From: Octopus sinensis
Lineage: Eukaryota
Length of the DNA: 64,000 nucleotides
Direction: 5' to 3'
Assembly: GCF_006345805.1 (NCBI RefSeq)
Contig: NC_043007.1
Location: forward strand, 72,292,001-72,356,000
Position numbers and translations under genes: made by a program. Shown piece by piece: positions 32,791 through 46,500 of the stretch (positions are counted from its first letter, which is position 1; every line of letters begins with the position of its first letter). The notes below the pieces were generated by a model, which had not been told where the DNA came from, did no database searches, and worked only from the letters and a program-made list of their open reading frames with translations.

Positions 32791-35534
32791 TTAGTATGAT
32801 CACATGAAGACAGGTTCGATTCCCAACGAGATGTACACTGCATTTGACTTTCGCATACGTATATTTACGTGTGTGTAAATATATAGCTTATTTCTTGCGA
32901 ACCAAAAGTATTAGGTATCGAGGCATCTTCTTTTTTTTTATTAATGAGATAACGTAATTGCATCCTGGTATTTATCTGATCTCACTCTTCAGTAATATCA
33001 AAGAAGAAGAAGGCTGACGACTTAGAATAATATTACATTTCTGATTAAACTAAAAATAGCAGCGGAAGACGAAATAATTAGAGATAAACGGAGCAAAGTT
33101 CGGGCCGGTAGACTAGTGAGGTTAAAAGCAGTTGAAGAAACCGATGAACAAATAAATGAAGAGATAACTTGAATGGAAGAGATTTAGAAATTTCGAAGAG
33201 TCGAATTAATATTTAATCAGGTTCCCAGACGTTTTAACTCTGACGTCAAATGGCTGATAAAACTAGCGGTAACTTTCACTGGAGTTCGACCGTGTCGCTG
33301 ATTACGCACTCATAATTATCTTCTTCTTCTTCTTCTTCTTCTTCTTCTTCTTCTTTATTATTATTGTTGTTATTATAATCATTTTTGTTATTTGTTGTTT
33401 GTGCCTTTTCTATATCTATCGTCATTGCAACGACTGTAATATCTTTTGTTTGTTGTTATTGTTGTAGACAGTTATATTGCGAAACAAAAGTTTTTTTTTT
33501 TTTCCTTTTTGCGTTAGGTACAATGCAAATTCTTTTCTACTCTAGGCACAAGGCCCGAAATTTTTGGGAAGAGGGCCCAGTCGATTAGATCGACCTCAGT
33601 ACACAGCTGATATTTAATTTATCGACCCCGAAAGGATGAAAGGCAAAGTCGACCTGGGCGGAATTTAAACTCAGAACGTAACGGCAGACAAAATATCGCT
33701 AAGCATTTCGCCCGGCGTGCTAACGATTCTGCCAGCTCGCCGCCTTTGATACAATGCAAATTACGAAGGTACGTGATTTAGTGATTAGGGTGTTGTACTC
33801 ACGCTCGTTAGAATCGTGGGTTCGATTCCCAGACCGGGTGACGAGTGGTGTTCTTCAGCTAAACATTTCATTTCATGTTGCTCCAACACCCGCTTTTCAA
33901 TCAAGGAGAAATGTTGGCCGCCTCGCCTAGCAGGCGGGTTGGCGTTATTCGAAGGCTAAAACGATGCGAAGTGCATTGCGACCAGCGATGTATAGCCTGG
34001 TTGGTCACGTGATCACACTGCAAATTATCTTGGATTGAGGTGTAGTCAGTTGAATCGATCCAGTATATAGATTACCGTTACGTATTTTCCTTTTCAGTAA
34101 ATATTACATCGTGGCCCACATGGACGAGATACAAGGTCAATACCGATAGAGATTACAACTCTGTAAAAAGATAAAATTCATTATTCCTTGGTGTTTAACC
34201 CGGCAATTCATCGGTTCTAACACTTCGCAGTTCTTCCATAGTTTAGAAACTTGGCATCAGGTCACAGATTTGAGGTGTTATATTTAACTCCTTGTTTAGT
34301 TTAAACACCAACACTTGACCCTTGGTGCTCTTTTGTAAAATATTCTGTGTTATAAGTATTCAAGTTAGTATGAAAGGTTCCGAAAGCGTCGTGGGAATTA
34401 CTCTTCCTTCCTCTACGATTTTGCGATAAATTTAGTAAACAATATTTCTGAGTGATAAATTAGTAGAGTCGTTAGAGAGTGGGGCAAAATGCGTTGCAGT
34501 ATTTATTTGGTGGCGAGCTGGCAGAATCGTTAGTACACTGGGGGAAATGCTTAGCGGCATTTTGTCCATCTTTACGTTCTGAGTTCAGATTTCGCCGTGG
34601 TTGACTTCGCCTTTCATCCTTTTGAATTAAGTAAAATGAGTACCAGCTGGGCACCGAGGTCAATTTTATTGACTTATCATCTCCCCCAAAATTGCTGGCC
34701 TTGTGCTAAAATTTGAAACGAATATTTCTATGTTTTTAGATTAGATCTTTAGTCTGCTCGTATTGGGGTGTCAGTTAAATTCGTTGTCTTTTTTTTTTTT
34801 TACATGTTATTTTGGAAATGCATAGCTATATGTGTTGTGCGCATTTTTGAAAATATAGCAGTGGGGTCAATTATAGAATAATATCGAGGAATCCTTTTCT
34901 AAATTTTAAGTTCCTTAGAACCTACGGTTATGTCTGATTCCATACGTGAGTCTGGTGTATCGCATTCAGCATTTACAGCGGAAAAACTTGGAACTAAACC
35001 TTCACAGAAAACAATTGTTTGTGAATTTGACGGTGGCAGCAGTAAATTTTATCTCCTACATGTCATTAAAATGTAAATGTGAGCATTGTCATCAGACAGG
35101 TTTTATATCACCTATGCATAAATACAGCTCATTGAAAAATTAGAATTATTTTCTTCTTAAGTTTTTCTCCTATATTCAGTGAACGGCGAGCTGGCAGACA
35201 CGTTAGCGCAACGGGCGGAATGCTTAGCGGTATTTCGTCTGTCGTAACGTTCTGAGTTCAAATTCCACCGAGGTCGACTTTACCTTTCATCCTTTCGGGG
35301 TCGATAAATAAAAGTACCAGTTTCGCACTGGGGTCGATGTAATCGACTTAATCCCTTTGTCCGTCCTTGTTCGTCTTCTCTATGTTTAGCTCCTTGTGGG
35401 CAATAAAGAAATATATATTCATTGAATTCCGTAAATCAGAGTACCCGCTCCTCTATTCTCAAAATTCTTTTTTTTTTCAGCATGTGACATTCGCATTCTT
35501 TGCATTAATTAATCACTCTATCTATCTAACCTAT

Positions 35535-35611
<77 letters not shown>

Positions 35612-36489
35612 CATCCATACGTAGACAACATATCTTTCTAATTTTCTGTTTTTCTTGTTTATCTGTTTATCCTTCCACTTTCTCCTCTCCTCTCACACAC
35701 ACACGCACACACATCTCCGTCCAGAGACTCACTCATACTTTCATTACTCTCTACCCCCATCCACCCACTTTCTTCTTTAACTTATTCTTCCTTCCCGTGT
35801 CTTTTTTCAGCATATCTTACCTTCATGTCATCTTTTCAAAAGTGATCATCTTCTTTGCTGTTAAGGACTTGCAACTTAATACACACCGACCGTACTGGCC
35901 CAAATATTCTTAAACTCCCACCTCTGCCCCATAATCCTGTAATCTGTTGCTTTAATCAACAAAAGCATTCCGTCGTTTTCTATTTATTTATTTATTTATT
36001 TACTTATGTATTTATTATTTATTTTCTTTTTTCTCCTTTAACATACTGATTCTAATATCACCGTGGGCGTCCGTTCTTGTAGTCAGCCACTCGCTGCTTC
36101 TGAGACATATCTTGTCAGTTTGATCTTTCGTTGATAACACTGACCACTAGGTCAACTCCATATTTCGCCCTATCAATTTACCAAAAAATAACTAAACAAT
36201 TTTAGTTCGGGTCCGAAAGCAGACATAGGGGAGCTACATCTAATTTTACTACCAAGAATAACAATAACAGTGACATCGCCATCACCGCCGCCGCCGCCGC
36301 CACTACCACCACCATTGCCGTACCCTCTAAATAGAAGCTGGAAGAGGAATAACAACACAAATGTTATCATTGCGCACATTCTCCAGACCCTCAAAGAACC
36401 GAACTATCAGCAAGTAGCACCACTGACTTCATCTCAATCAAATACAAAAAAAAAAAATGTCAAAGTTGGTGGTTCTGTCATTGCCAACA

Positions 36490-36586
36490 CCATCACCACT
36501 ATCATCATCCTCATCATCATCATCGTCATCATCGTCATCGTCATCATCATCATCATCTCATCATCATCATCATCATCATCATCCTT

Positions 36587-36636
<50 letters not shown>

Positions 36637-36840
36637 TATTATCATCATCATCATCATCATCATCGTCATCATCATCATCATCGTCATCGTTATCGTCATT
36701 GTCATCATCACCATCACCATCACCATCACCATCATCATCCTCATCATCATCATCGTCATCATCATCATCGTCATCGTCATCGACATCGTCATCGTCATCG
36801 TCGCCATCATCATCATCATCATCATCGTCATCGTCATCAT

Positions 36841-36871
<31 letters not shown>

Positions 36872-36890
36872 AACAACAACAACAACACTC
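36490..36890. repeat. About 400-bp (CAT)n/(CGT)n/(CAC)n trinucleotide tract
   Basis: Produces poly-S, poly-H, poly-D and poly-M ORFs in several frames, typical of a non-coding triplet repeat. Confidence 0.95.
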
Positions 36891-37171
36891 ATTCATCTAT
36901 TTACATATTTGTCGATATGGGTCTCTATAATCATCGTTAAAATAAAAACTGCTACATGCATAACTCCACCATACTGTCTTACAAAACGAAGAAGAGCGAA
37001 TTGCCTGAAAACGAAGTAAAACGGGATGGTCATAGCTGGAACACTTATGATCATAGTTCTGTTCGATTAGGGCTGCCTTGACGTTGAGCAACACTAACAA
37101 CCTCATCTCATTATTTTACAAATAAAACTCCAGTGGTTGTATTTCCTCAAACAACAGCCAATACTTGTATG

Positions 37172-37198
<27 letters not shown>

Positions 37199-37202
<4 letters not shown>

Positions 37203-37290
37203 GACCCTGTAAGACCCTACAAGACCTTGCAAGACCCTGTAAGACCCTACAAGACCTTGCAAGACCCTGCAAGACCCTGCAGACCCTGCC
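37199..37290. repeat. 10-bp minisatellite AAGACCYT(G/A)(T/C), 8 units plus a partial, with 30-bp higher order
   Basis: Units end tgt, tac, tgc, tgt, tac, tgc, tgc, tgc. Confidence 0.95.
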
Positions 37291-37635
37291 TCAGTAAAGC
37301 TGGACTCATGAGTCATCTTCGTAGTCATAAAACGAGACAGATGAGTGACAACCTGGCCACTAGTGGTGGTGTAACACACCATACTAATCATATCTGTCGG
37401 GCATGTGGAAGAGAGTGTAATTCGGCAGGAGGACTTAAACGACATGCAAAGGTACATGAAGCCCAGTTACAACTACAGCCGGCTATTACCAGTAAAGGTT
37501 TTAGTTGCCAATTTTGTACAAGACATTGTAGATCTTTAGCTGGGCTAAAAAGTTACATTCGATCACAGCACCAGTAACAGTTAAGCTTCGTGCAATGGCC
37601 ATACTCGATAACGAGGGGGCAGCCATAATGTATGT
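37281..37635 (+). mobile_element. RTE-type LINE 3' end with C2H2 zinc-finger motifs
   Basis: CRPCLSKAGLMSHLRSH, CRACGRECNSAGGLKRHAKVH, CQFCTRHCRSLAGLKSYIRSQH, then a short 3' UTR GGCCATACTCGATAACGAGG..GCAGCC and (ATGT)n. Confidence 0.7.
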
Positions 37636-37689
37636 ATGTATGTATGTATGTATGTATGTATGTATGTATGTATGTATGTATTTATGTAT

Positions 37690-38850
37690 GCATTCAGTTT
37701 ATTTCAAGATTTCTTGCCATTAGAGGAAGAACCGGTTTCTAACCTAGATCCAAGGCTCCTTCATTGGAATTTCAACATCAACAACAGGGTATTTTTGTCT
37801 GTATGTATGTACGTATGTATGTCTGTCTGTCTGTATGTGTGTGTGTGTGTATGTATGTGAATGTATGTATGGCAGATTTGTATGTTTTATATATGTATTC
37901 TCATGCATATAGTTGCATATCTAGACATGCTCATATATATTTAAATGATAAACTTCTGGAAAGTTTTACAGATGTTTACATTCCAAGGATGGATTGGATC
38001 TGTAGTCTTCGAATTAGCTTTTTCCTTTCTGGTTTTGAGAAGAGCGTTACATATCCCAGGGCCTCAATAATTACAGGTATAAACCTGAACTTGCAATCTG
38101 GATAGAGTAACTGCAGATTTCTCAATAGTTCAGCATAGGTGTTCTCTTTTTCACTGATTTTCAGCTTTATGTTAACATCTGCAGGGCAGCTAATTTCCAC
38201 AACTGTTCGCAATTTCTCTACTCTATCCCAAATCATTATATCAGGTCTATTGTGCTTACATTTTATTGAGGTCTTCACTGGGACAGTCCACCAGCATTCC
38301 TTTATATTATGAGTGGCTATGGCTTCTACCATATTGTGGGTTCTTATTTCTTTTATCTTCGGGATTATTCTTCCGACGGATTTCATTATAGAGTGTCCTA
38401 GCTATAATATCATGTCTCATCAGTGGATAATACCGTGATGACATTTTTGGACAACTTATGACGTGGAACTTCACAAAGTCTGCATCGATTATCACATTAT
38501 ACTGCTTTCCCTGCATTTCTATCCCTTTTGTGCATCAGGTACCTAGTTGATATTTCCTGTTCCTGGATTGCAAACGCATACCCTTCAAAGTGGGAGGTAG
38601 TAATCCGGCTATTGGTCCATGATAAACTGCTTTGATGATCGATGTTACTATCATCACGGAGCTTTCTACTAACATATCCCAAGCATAGTCTTCTGCTCAT
38701 ATAGTCTCATCCTTTCATCTGATGATACGTTGCGATAGAGTCGTGCAACTTCTTTGGGCATGTATTCTAAGTTATCAGACAAAGAGTGTTGCTCAAGGAG
38801 CTGCCTTCCAAGTCATATGATGTTATCAGCCTCATGTATGCAAATTTGGT
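37690..38850 (-). mobile_element. R4/Dong-like RLE non-LTR retrotransposon, 5'-truncated and degenerate
   Basis: EGYAFAIQEQEISTRY, HVISCPKM..RHDIIAR (decayed CCHC region), NRPDIMIWD..VVEISCPADVN..EKENTY (PD..E..K restriction-like endonuclease). (CATA)n at both ends. Confidence 0.8.
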
Positions 38851-38972
38851 ATGTATGTATGTATGTATGTATGCATAGATAGATAGACACATTCATACAT
38901 ACACATATATATAAATACAGGTATATTGAGAGAGTAAGATGTATATATGTGTGTGTGTATATATAATTATAT

Positions 38973-39008
<36 letters not shown>

Positions 39009-39190
39009 AATAATAATAATAAATATTAGGGAATTAATCCAAATTTACAGGGAAAAATCAGATTTAGGGTTAAATCCAATTTTATAGTAAAATATTATAT
39101 AATATAATTCGAGACAAAACCACTATTTTAAAACCAAACAAGAAAAGACTTAATCAATACATAAAATTTTAATATAAATTAAATAAACCG

Positions 39191-39234
39191 CCACAACAAT
39201 TGTTTCATGTCTGCTACCGACAATCTTCAGGTGG
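39191..39234 (-). ncRNA. Minimal type I hammerhead ribozyme (near-canonical)
   Basis: CCAC-CTGAAGA-TTGTC-ggtagca-GACAT-GAA-ACAATTGT-T-GTGG. Stem I 4 bp, stem II 4 bp with a U-U at 10.1/11.1, palindromic stem III ACAATTGT. Confidence 0.6.
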
Positions 39235-39249
39235 ATTTTCGATCTAAAA

Positions 39250-41230
39250 ATATCAATATTTTAAAATATAATTTAATATAATTTAAAATAATAAAATAAT
39301 AAAATTATCAATGAAAATAAAAATATATAATCTATATATAATCTATATATAATCAATATATAATCTAAAATAATCTAAAATAAACCCTATAAACAATTGA
39401 ATATAAAAACCTATTATAAAAGTTCTCATATTTAAAAATGTACAAAAACCAAAAAACAACAAGCAAAAAACAAAAAACAAAAACCAAAAAACAAACAACC
39501 AAAAAACAAAAAACAAAAAACAAAAAATAAACTATATATACACACACATGCTCATACACTCAACACATTACTTATTCATACTTCCTCACACACACATACA
39601 ACACTCATTCATAAACAATATACATATACCCGCTCACACATACATATACATACACATACATACAGAACACGATATATACCAATATATAAACACCCACACC
39701 CATACAGATAAATAAATTACGCAAACAATCGCACACACACACACACATTCACACATACATAAACACTCAAAAGAAAACCGAACAATTCTTTGCTCGTGGA
39801 TATCAAACGTTTTTTAAAAAATTATGAATGGAAATGAAATCCATACATACAAGTATAAATATAACTATACAACCCCTAACACAATACACACAAATACGCA
39901 CCCATATATACACACACCCACAAACATAACCATATACACACTCACACATACATATATATACGTACAAATCTCGATAGAAACAAACTTTAATAAAACGACC
40001 ATGATAAACGAAAACTCATATATATATTAATATATATATATAATAGTGTGTACACGCAGACGGGTGCAATCACACACACATTCAAAACTTACATGTATAC
40101 AAGTGCATAAATAATCACACCCAATTACAAAGCACTCATACACTCCCAAATCTACACTTACACTTGTACACTCGCACACATACATACACACCCATACCTA
40201 CATACAAAAATTCTCATTAAAATAATCATGATAAATAAAATCCATACATACATGTATAAATATAAAGATACAACCCCTTACACAATACACACAAATACAC
40301 ACACCCACAAACATAACCATATACACACTCACACATACAAATACATACGTACAAAACTCGATACAAGCAAATACGCACACACACACATTCACACATACAT
40401 AAACATACAAAAGAAAAACAACATTTCTACACATAATACGATATATAAAATACTCCATAAGTAATCAGATTATCATAAGTAACAAGATTAACAAAAGGAG
40501 AAAAATAGACATACCTTCTAATCAGTATCAAATTTTGAAGTGAATTTTAACACTATCCGTTATTACAATAAACAAAAATTACGTTACCATGGAACCGAAC
40601 ATATAAAAATAATTTGCGCTACGTAAAAACAGCGTCATTAAAATTATGAATGGAATATACAAACCTTTCTACAAATTCTTTAAAAAAACCATAAAAAACG
40701 AAAACTCATATAGATATTAATATATATATAAAAAAATGAGTGTGTACACGCAGACGGGTGCAATCACACAGACATTCAAAACTTGCATGTATACAAGTGC
40801 ATAATTAATCACACTCAATTACATAGCACTCATACACTACCGCATCTATACTTACACTTGTACACACGCATACATACATTCACACCCATACCTACATACA
40901 AAATACTTATTAAACTAATCATGATAATGAAGTCCATACATACAAATATAAAGATAAAGATAAAACCCCTTTCATACACAATACACACAAATACACACAC
41001 ATATATACACACACCCACAAACATAACCATATACACACTCACACATACATATACATACGTACAAACTCGATATATACACTAATATTCATTCCCACACTCA
41101 ATAAAATATTAAGTAAATACAAAACAAAGAAATACCAATTAAATACCAACTATAATTAAAGCCTAAACTATATAACTAAAAATATATATATGGTCACATA
41201 TAACTAAAAATATATATATGGTACTCTAAA
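39250..41230. repeat. About 2-kb strongly G-poor tract with an imperfect repeat unit of about 400 bp
   Basis: TCCATACATAC blocks near 39838, 40240 and 40932; GAAAACTCATA..GTGTGTACACGCAGACGGGTGCAATCACAC near 40010-40080 and 40700-40770. Confidence 0.8.
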
Positions 41231-41257
41231 CTAAAAACATATATATATATATATATA

Positions 41258-41646
41258 CTAGCAGTATTGCCCCGCGTTGCTCGGGTTTGTTGCGACCCTT
41301 TAGAATTGGAATTTTCGAAAAGTAAAAATTTTGCATTAGGTAGCTTGTTATTCTCTTTAAGAGAACATTTTTCTGGTTGAAATACACCGATAAATGGTGA
41401 CACAGTAGTCAAAAAATCGTAAAAAATAGGGATTTTCATAGAAAAAATCACCTTTTTGATGTAAATAATTTTTGGTCTTAACATGGTCCGATTTGTATTT
41501 TATCTTCTACGGAATGAAGAGCAAGCCTTCTTCTATCATACTCTCAATTTTGGTCAACATGCGCCGCAGGGCCTCGGAGGAGATAGTGTTAGTTGAAGGC
41601 TACCAAACCTGCCATACACAGACAACTTCAGCTTTATATATATAGA
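41258..41646 (-). mobile_element. Non-autonomous Helitron
   Basis: Minus strand starts A^TCTATATATATAAAGCTG and ends with hairpin CCCGAGCAACGCGGG (41271-41285) followed by CTAG^T. Confidence 0.75.
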
Positions 41647-42544
41647 TAGATATATTAAAATTATAATTTAGGGTATCTAAGAGATAACGCCATGCTGAAA
41701 ATAGCAGCCAAGATCTCACTCTAAAACCACATTGTACATTTAATTGTACATAGATCTTGTTTTTAGGAATTCCCAATAATTTATGAATACCCAAATTGTG
41801 AAGTCGGTTATGTAATAACATGAAATCAGTTACCCAATAGTAAGAAATCAAATAAAGTACCTCCGAAAAAGACTTTAATGCGTTCCAAGAGTATGTAGAA
41901 CTTGGGAAGAAATACTAATAAGGTATGTATACTAAAACCGTGAAGCATGGTACGTAATAACAGGTTAATCAGATATGAGATAATAACAATTCAAAGTAAA
42001 TAACTCTTAAAAGGGCTTTTGTGCGTTCCCAGAGCGGCGCTAGTGTTGGTGTATTCGTGAATAAGTCACTAACCGAAATAAGTGGCTCTATTGTTTAAGA
42101 AAATACTATTTACTTAAGGGTTGTAGTGGATAATTTGCGAAAATAACTCTAACAGTTCAAATACTAAGAAATAAGCATACTCAATTTGTCAGGGAATACT
42201 CAGAGCGAAATGATATTCTATGTGACCAGGTATTTCTCATTATTCTTACAGAAACTGAAAGAGAACTGTTTCATGCGTATGTTTGGTCTAAGTTAAAACA
42301 AAGATCAAACCGTTGGCTACTGTTTGAAATGGTTTCAAAATAATGATGGCCATGATTCCTTTCTGTTTATTAATTTGATGAAAAAGAGGCAACGCTAATA
42401 ATATTTCAGATCCTTCTGATATGAGACGAAAGATTAGATAGCTGAAGACTTTACAGTATATAAATCAAGTATTTTAATGTACACAATGTCTGGACAGCAT
42501 TCTATTGTAAAACACATTTAAGTAATTATTGAGTGCTTAGACCT

Positions 42545-42975
42545 ATCTTTTATCTTTTACTGTTTCAGTCATTAGACTGCAGTCATGGTGAGGCACCACC
42601 TTGAAGAATTAAAAAAAAATTTTAGTCGAATGTATCGACCCCAGTACTTACTTTTAAAAGCCTGATACTTATTCTATCGGTCTCTTTTTGCCGAACCGCT
42701 AAGTTACTGGGACGTAAACACGCAACCACCGGTGCAGGGGAGGGGACACAATCATATACACAAAGACACACACACATGTATATATATATTATATATATAT
42801 ATATATATACGACGGGCTTCTTTCAGTTTCCATTTACCAAATTCACTCACAAGGCTTTGGTCGACCCGGGGCTATAACCGGAGACATTGCCCGAAGTGCC
42901 ACGTAGTGGGACTGAACCCAGAACCACGTGGTTGAGAAGTAAGCTTCTTACCACACAGCCACGCTTCCGCCTATG
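42545..42975 (-). mobile_element. SINE family A (AAGAAGC target variant, empty)
   Basis: Full head to tail; head reads GGCTGTGTGGTAAGAAGCTTAC. Confidence 0.8.
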
Positions 42976-44295
42976 CTAAATGAGCAGACTCATTCCGTCT
43001 CTGTGTATATCCATGATTACATTATCCAATGTATATATTTACTTTTTCATATGCTGAAACTGAAGGGAGATTTGGCTGATTTTTTAGCAGGTCAAGCGAT
43101 TACTTAAGAAACTCCCTCGCTGGTATGTTTGTTGAAAGGTGAGATGATCTGGTGTAGAAGCTGCAAGTCTCTTAACCGTTCTCCACCATCATCATTTCCA
43201 TTCGTTTTAGATATTAAGTTTCTATCAACGACAGCAGAGAGCTTAAAATATTGTTCTATTCGTTGTATTGTTTTTCTTTTCCCCCATCGAAACATTAATG
43301 TTCTTTATATCTTTGTGTGTGCACAAGCTCTATATTTCGCTCCGTTCTTTCATTTGTGGTTTATTATTTCTATTTAACCACTCTTATTACATTATTCCAG
43401 TCTGGGATCTACAAATTCCTTCGTAACTGACTGCTTGTACAACTGTGATTTCTGTATTTGCTGTCGAATACAAAGTTTCAACAACTGATAATTTTTATCC
43501 TGAACGTGTTATTCGATACCTTATTTCCTTTCTGTCCATGGAAGTCCAATTCATATATCAATATTTCCATTAAACATTTGTTGATTTACGATAAAAGTAT
43601 GATTTCAATATAAAATATGTTTGTTCCGGCAAAACAGAGATGAGCTGCAATATCTAATAGAGAGCGGAATGCAGTAAGTAATAAAACAGCCAAGAGAAAG
43701 ATGTCGAGTGGAACTTCATAAATAACTATCCTTGGACCGAAAATTCACGCAGAAAAAAAAGGGCCTGAAACGTTTTTTCTTTTATTTTATTGAAATAATT
43801 GCATGGTTGCTTCAGTCATTGTAAACTGAAATATGGTTTACTCTGGTAACATTTCAAAAGAAATTTTTATCACTATTTTCTCTAATCTTGTAAATACCGA
43901 AAGAACATCCACGTAATCGATTGATTCGTTAGAAATAGCATCGAAATCTAATTTCATCATACCGCCTTCAAAATAGATGAATATGTTAGATGAAACCAAA
44001 CCTGAAAATAGTTGCCAGAAAAGAAGGGGCGGTATTTAGAGTCAGCGCACGAAAACAGTAAAATTATTTGGTTGGTCAAAAACCTATATTTCAACTCCGA
44101 TTATTCGTAGATATAACATTTAGATTAGAGTTATACCAAATTATCTATTTGATGTCTCATAGAAATTTCATTTGCATGATTGTTGCTGATTGGTAATAAC
44201 TAAATTGTCAGTCGGTTACTATAAAAGAGTTTATTACAACTTACATACTAGATTCATAAATATTTCATTCATTTAGTTTAATATTTCTCCTGACA

Positions 44296-45090
44296 AGAGT
44301 GGCGAGCTGGCAGAAATGTTTGCACGCCGGGCGAAACGCGTAGCCGTATTTCGTCTGCCGTTACGTCCTGAGTTCAAATTCCGCCGAGGTCGACTTTACG
44401 TTTCATCCTTTCGGGGTCGATAAATTAAGTACCAGTTACGCACTGGAGTCGATGTAATCGACTTAATCCGTTTGTCTGTCCTTGTTTATCCCCTCTGTGT
44501 TTAGCTCCTTGTGGGTAGTAAAGAAATAATAATCGTTAGCACGCCGGACAAAATGTTTAGCGGCATTTCACCTGTCTTTACGTTCCGAGTTCAAATTCCA
44601 CCGAGGTCGACTTTGCCTTTCATTCTTTCGGGGTCAATAAACTAAGTACCAGTTGGACTCAGGGGTCGATATAATCGACTTAGCCCTCCCTTAAAATTGC
44701 TGGCCTTGTACCAAAATGTGAAACCCAATATTTTTTTGACTTTAAAGCGGTCAGTTAGTACTACGTGCAAAATGCTTAACGGCATTTCGTCCTCCTTTAT
44801 GTTCTGAGTTCAAATATCACCGGGGTTTACTTTGCCTTTCATCCCTTCGGAGTCGATAAAAAAGTACAAGTTGATCACTGGGGTCGATGTAATCGACTTA
44901 ATCCGTGTCAGTCCTTGTTTGTACCCTCTGTGTTTAGCCCCTTGTGCGTAGTAAAGAAATAGGTATTTCGTCTGCCGCTACGTTCTGAGTTCAAATTCCG
45001 CCGAGGTCGACTTTGCCTTTCATCCCTTTCGGGATCGATAAATTTCTGCAGCTCCGAAATCGCTGGCCTTGTGTCAGAATTTGAAATTAA
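44296..45090 (+). mobile_element. Cluster of tandem/nested SINE family B copies
   Basis: At least four consecutive body repeats (GTTCTGAGTTCAAATTCC..GTCGACTTT..) with both tail types. Confidence 0.85.
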
Positions 45091-45539
45091 TATTTCTTCT
45101 AACTTTAAAGTATATTTTCTCCAAATCAATCATTTAATTATTTATACGTATGCGATGTTATTCTCATTGCTGGACACAGCGACCACATAAGACATTAGTG
45201 TATTACTATTTCAGATTATGCTACTACAAATAACAGTTACTGCATGGGAATATTGTAATTCTTCTTATAGTAACTGCTATCTGTATATAAGATAAGGATT
45301 TAAAACAGCTCTCCGTAACAAGCTCTCGAACTTTGAAGAGTGAAACTCGTAGTTGAAATAATCAAGACAAAATTTGTCCTAGATTGATTTGAACATTAGA
45401 ATAAAATCATACATACGTACACGTGCGTGTGTATGAATGTCTGTGCGCGCGCGCGCGCGTGTGTGTGTATGTGCGTGTGTGTCTTTGTGTCTGTGTCTGA
45501 GATTGATTTGAACATTAGAGTAAAATCATACATACGTAC

Positions 45540-45582
<43 letters not shown>

Positions 45583-45745
45583 GCCGCAGGCGTGGCTGTG
45601 TGGTAAATAGCTTGCTTACCAACCACATGGTTCCAGGTTCAATCCAACTACGTGGCAATTTGAGCAGGTGTCTTCTACTATAGCCTCGAGCCGGCCAAAG
45701 CCTTGTGAGTGGATTTGGTAGACGGAAACTGAAAGACGCCATTCG

Positions 45746-45785
<40 letters not shown>

Positions 45786-46044
45786 TGTGTGTGTGTGTGT
45801 TTGTGTGTGTTTTATATATATACACGTTTTACCTTATACGATTTATCATCTTCATTTGCGTCTTGTAGTTATGGTTTCCTTGTAGTTTTTTGCTTTATTC
45901 TTGTAGAGTGATTATTGTGTCCTTTCGACTCTCACCTCCATATTTTACAATAATTTATATATTTTAAGCCTAGACAGTGAAATGTAAGATTTTGACTGAT
46001 CACAGAATATTCGTATGCTAACGTCAATAAGTTGGTATTTAAGA

Positions 46045-46500
46045 CGGCGTGCTGGCAGAAACGTTAGCACGCCGGGCGAAATGCGTAGCCGTATTTCGTC
46101 TGTCGTTACGTTCTGAGTTCAAATTCCGCCGAGGTCGACTTTGCCTTTCATCCTTTCGGGGTCGATAAATTAAGTACAAGTCACGCATGGGTCGATGTAA
46201 TCGACTTAATCCCTTTGTCTGTCCTTGTTTGTCCCCTCTGTGTATAGCCCCTTTGTGGGTAGTAAAGAAATAGGTTTTTAAGGCGGCGTGCTGGCAGAAT
46301 CGTTAACACGCCATGCGAAGTGCTTAGCGGGATTTCGTCTGTCTTTATATTCTGAGTTCAAATTCTGCTGAAGTTGACTTTGCCTTTCACCCTGTCGGGG
46401 TTGATAAAATAATTACCAGTTGAATACTGGGATAGCTGTAATCAGCATACCAACTCACTCGAAATTCCTGGCCTTGTGCCAAAATTTGAAATCAATAAAT
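46045..46500 (+). mobile_element. Head-to-tail dimer of SINE family B (tail 1 then tail 2)
   Basis: Two heads (G(A/G)CGGCGTGCTGGCAG) near 46045 and 46282. Confidence 0.85.

Noticed and set aside
36270-37019. 249-aa Ser-rich ORF and overlapping poly-His, poly-Asp and poly-Met ORFs
   Set aside because: All are read-throughs of a (CAT)n tract open in several frames on both strands.
39250-41230. Mitochondrial control-region insertion
   Set aside because: No flanking mitochondrial gene or tRNA sequence; CA-microsatellite content and the adjacent hammerhead favour a nuclear repeat.
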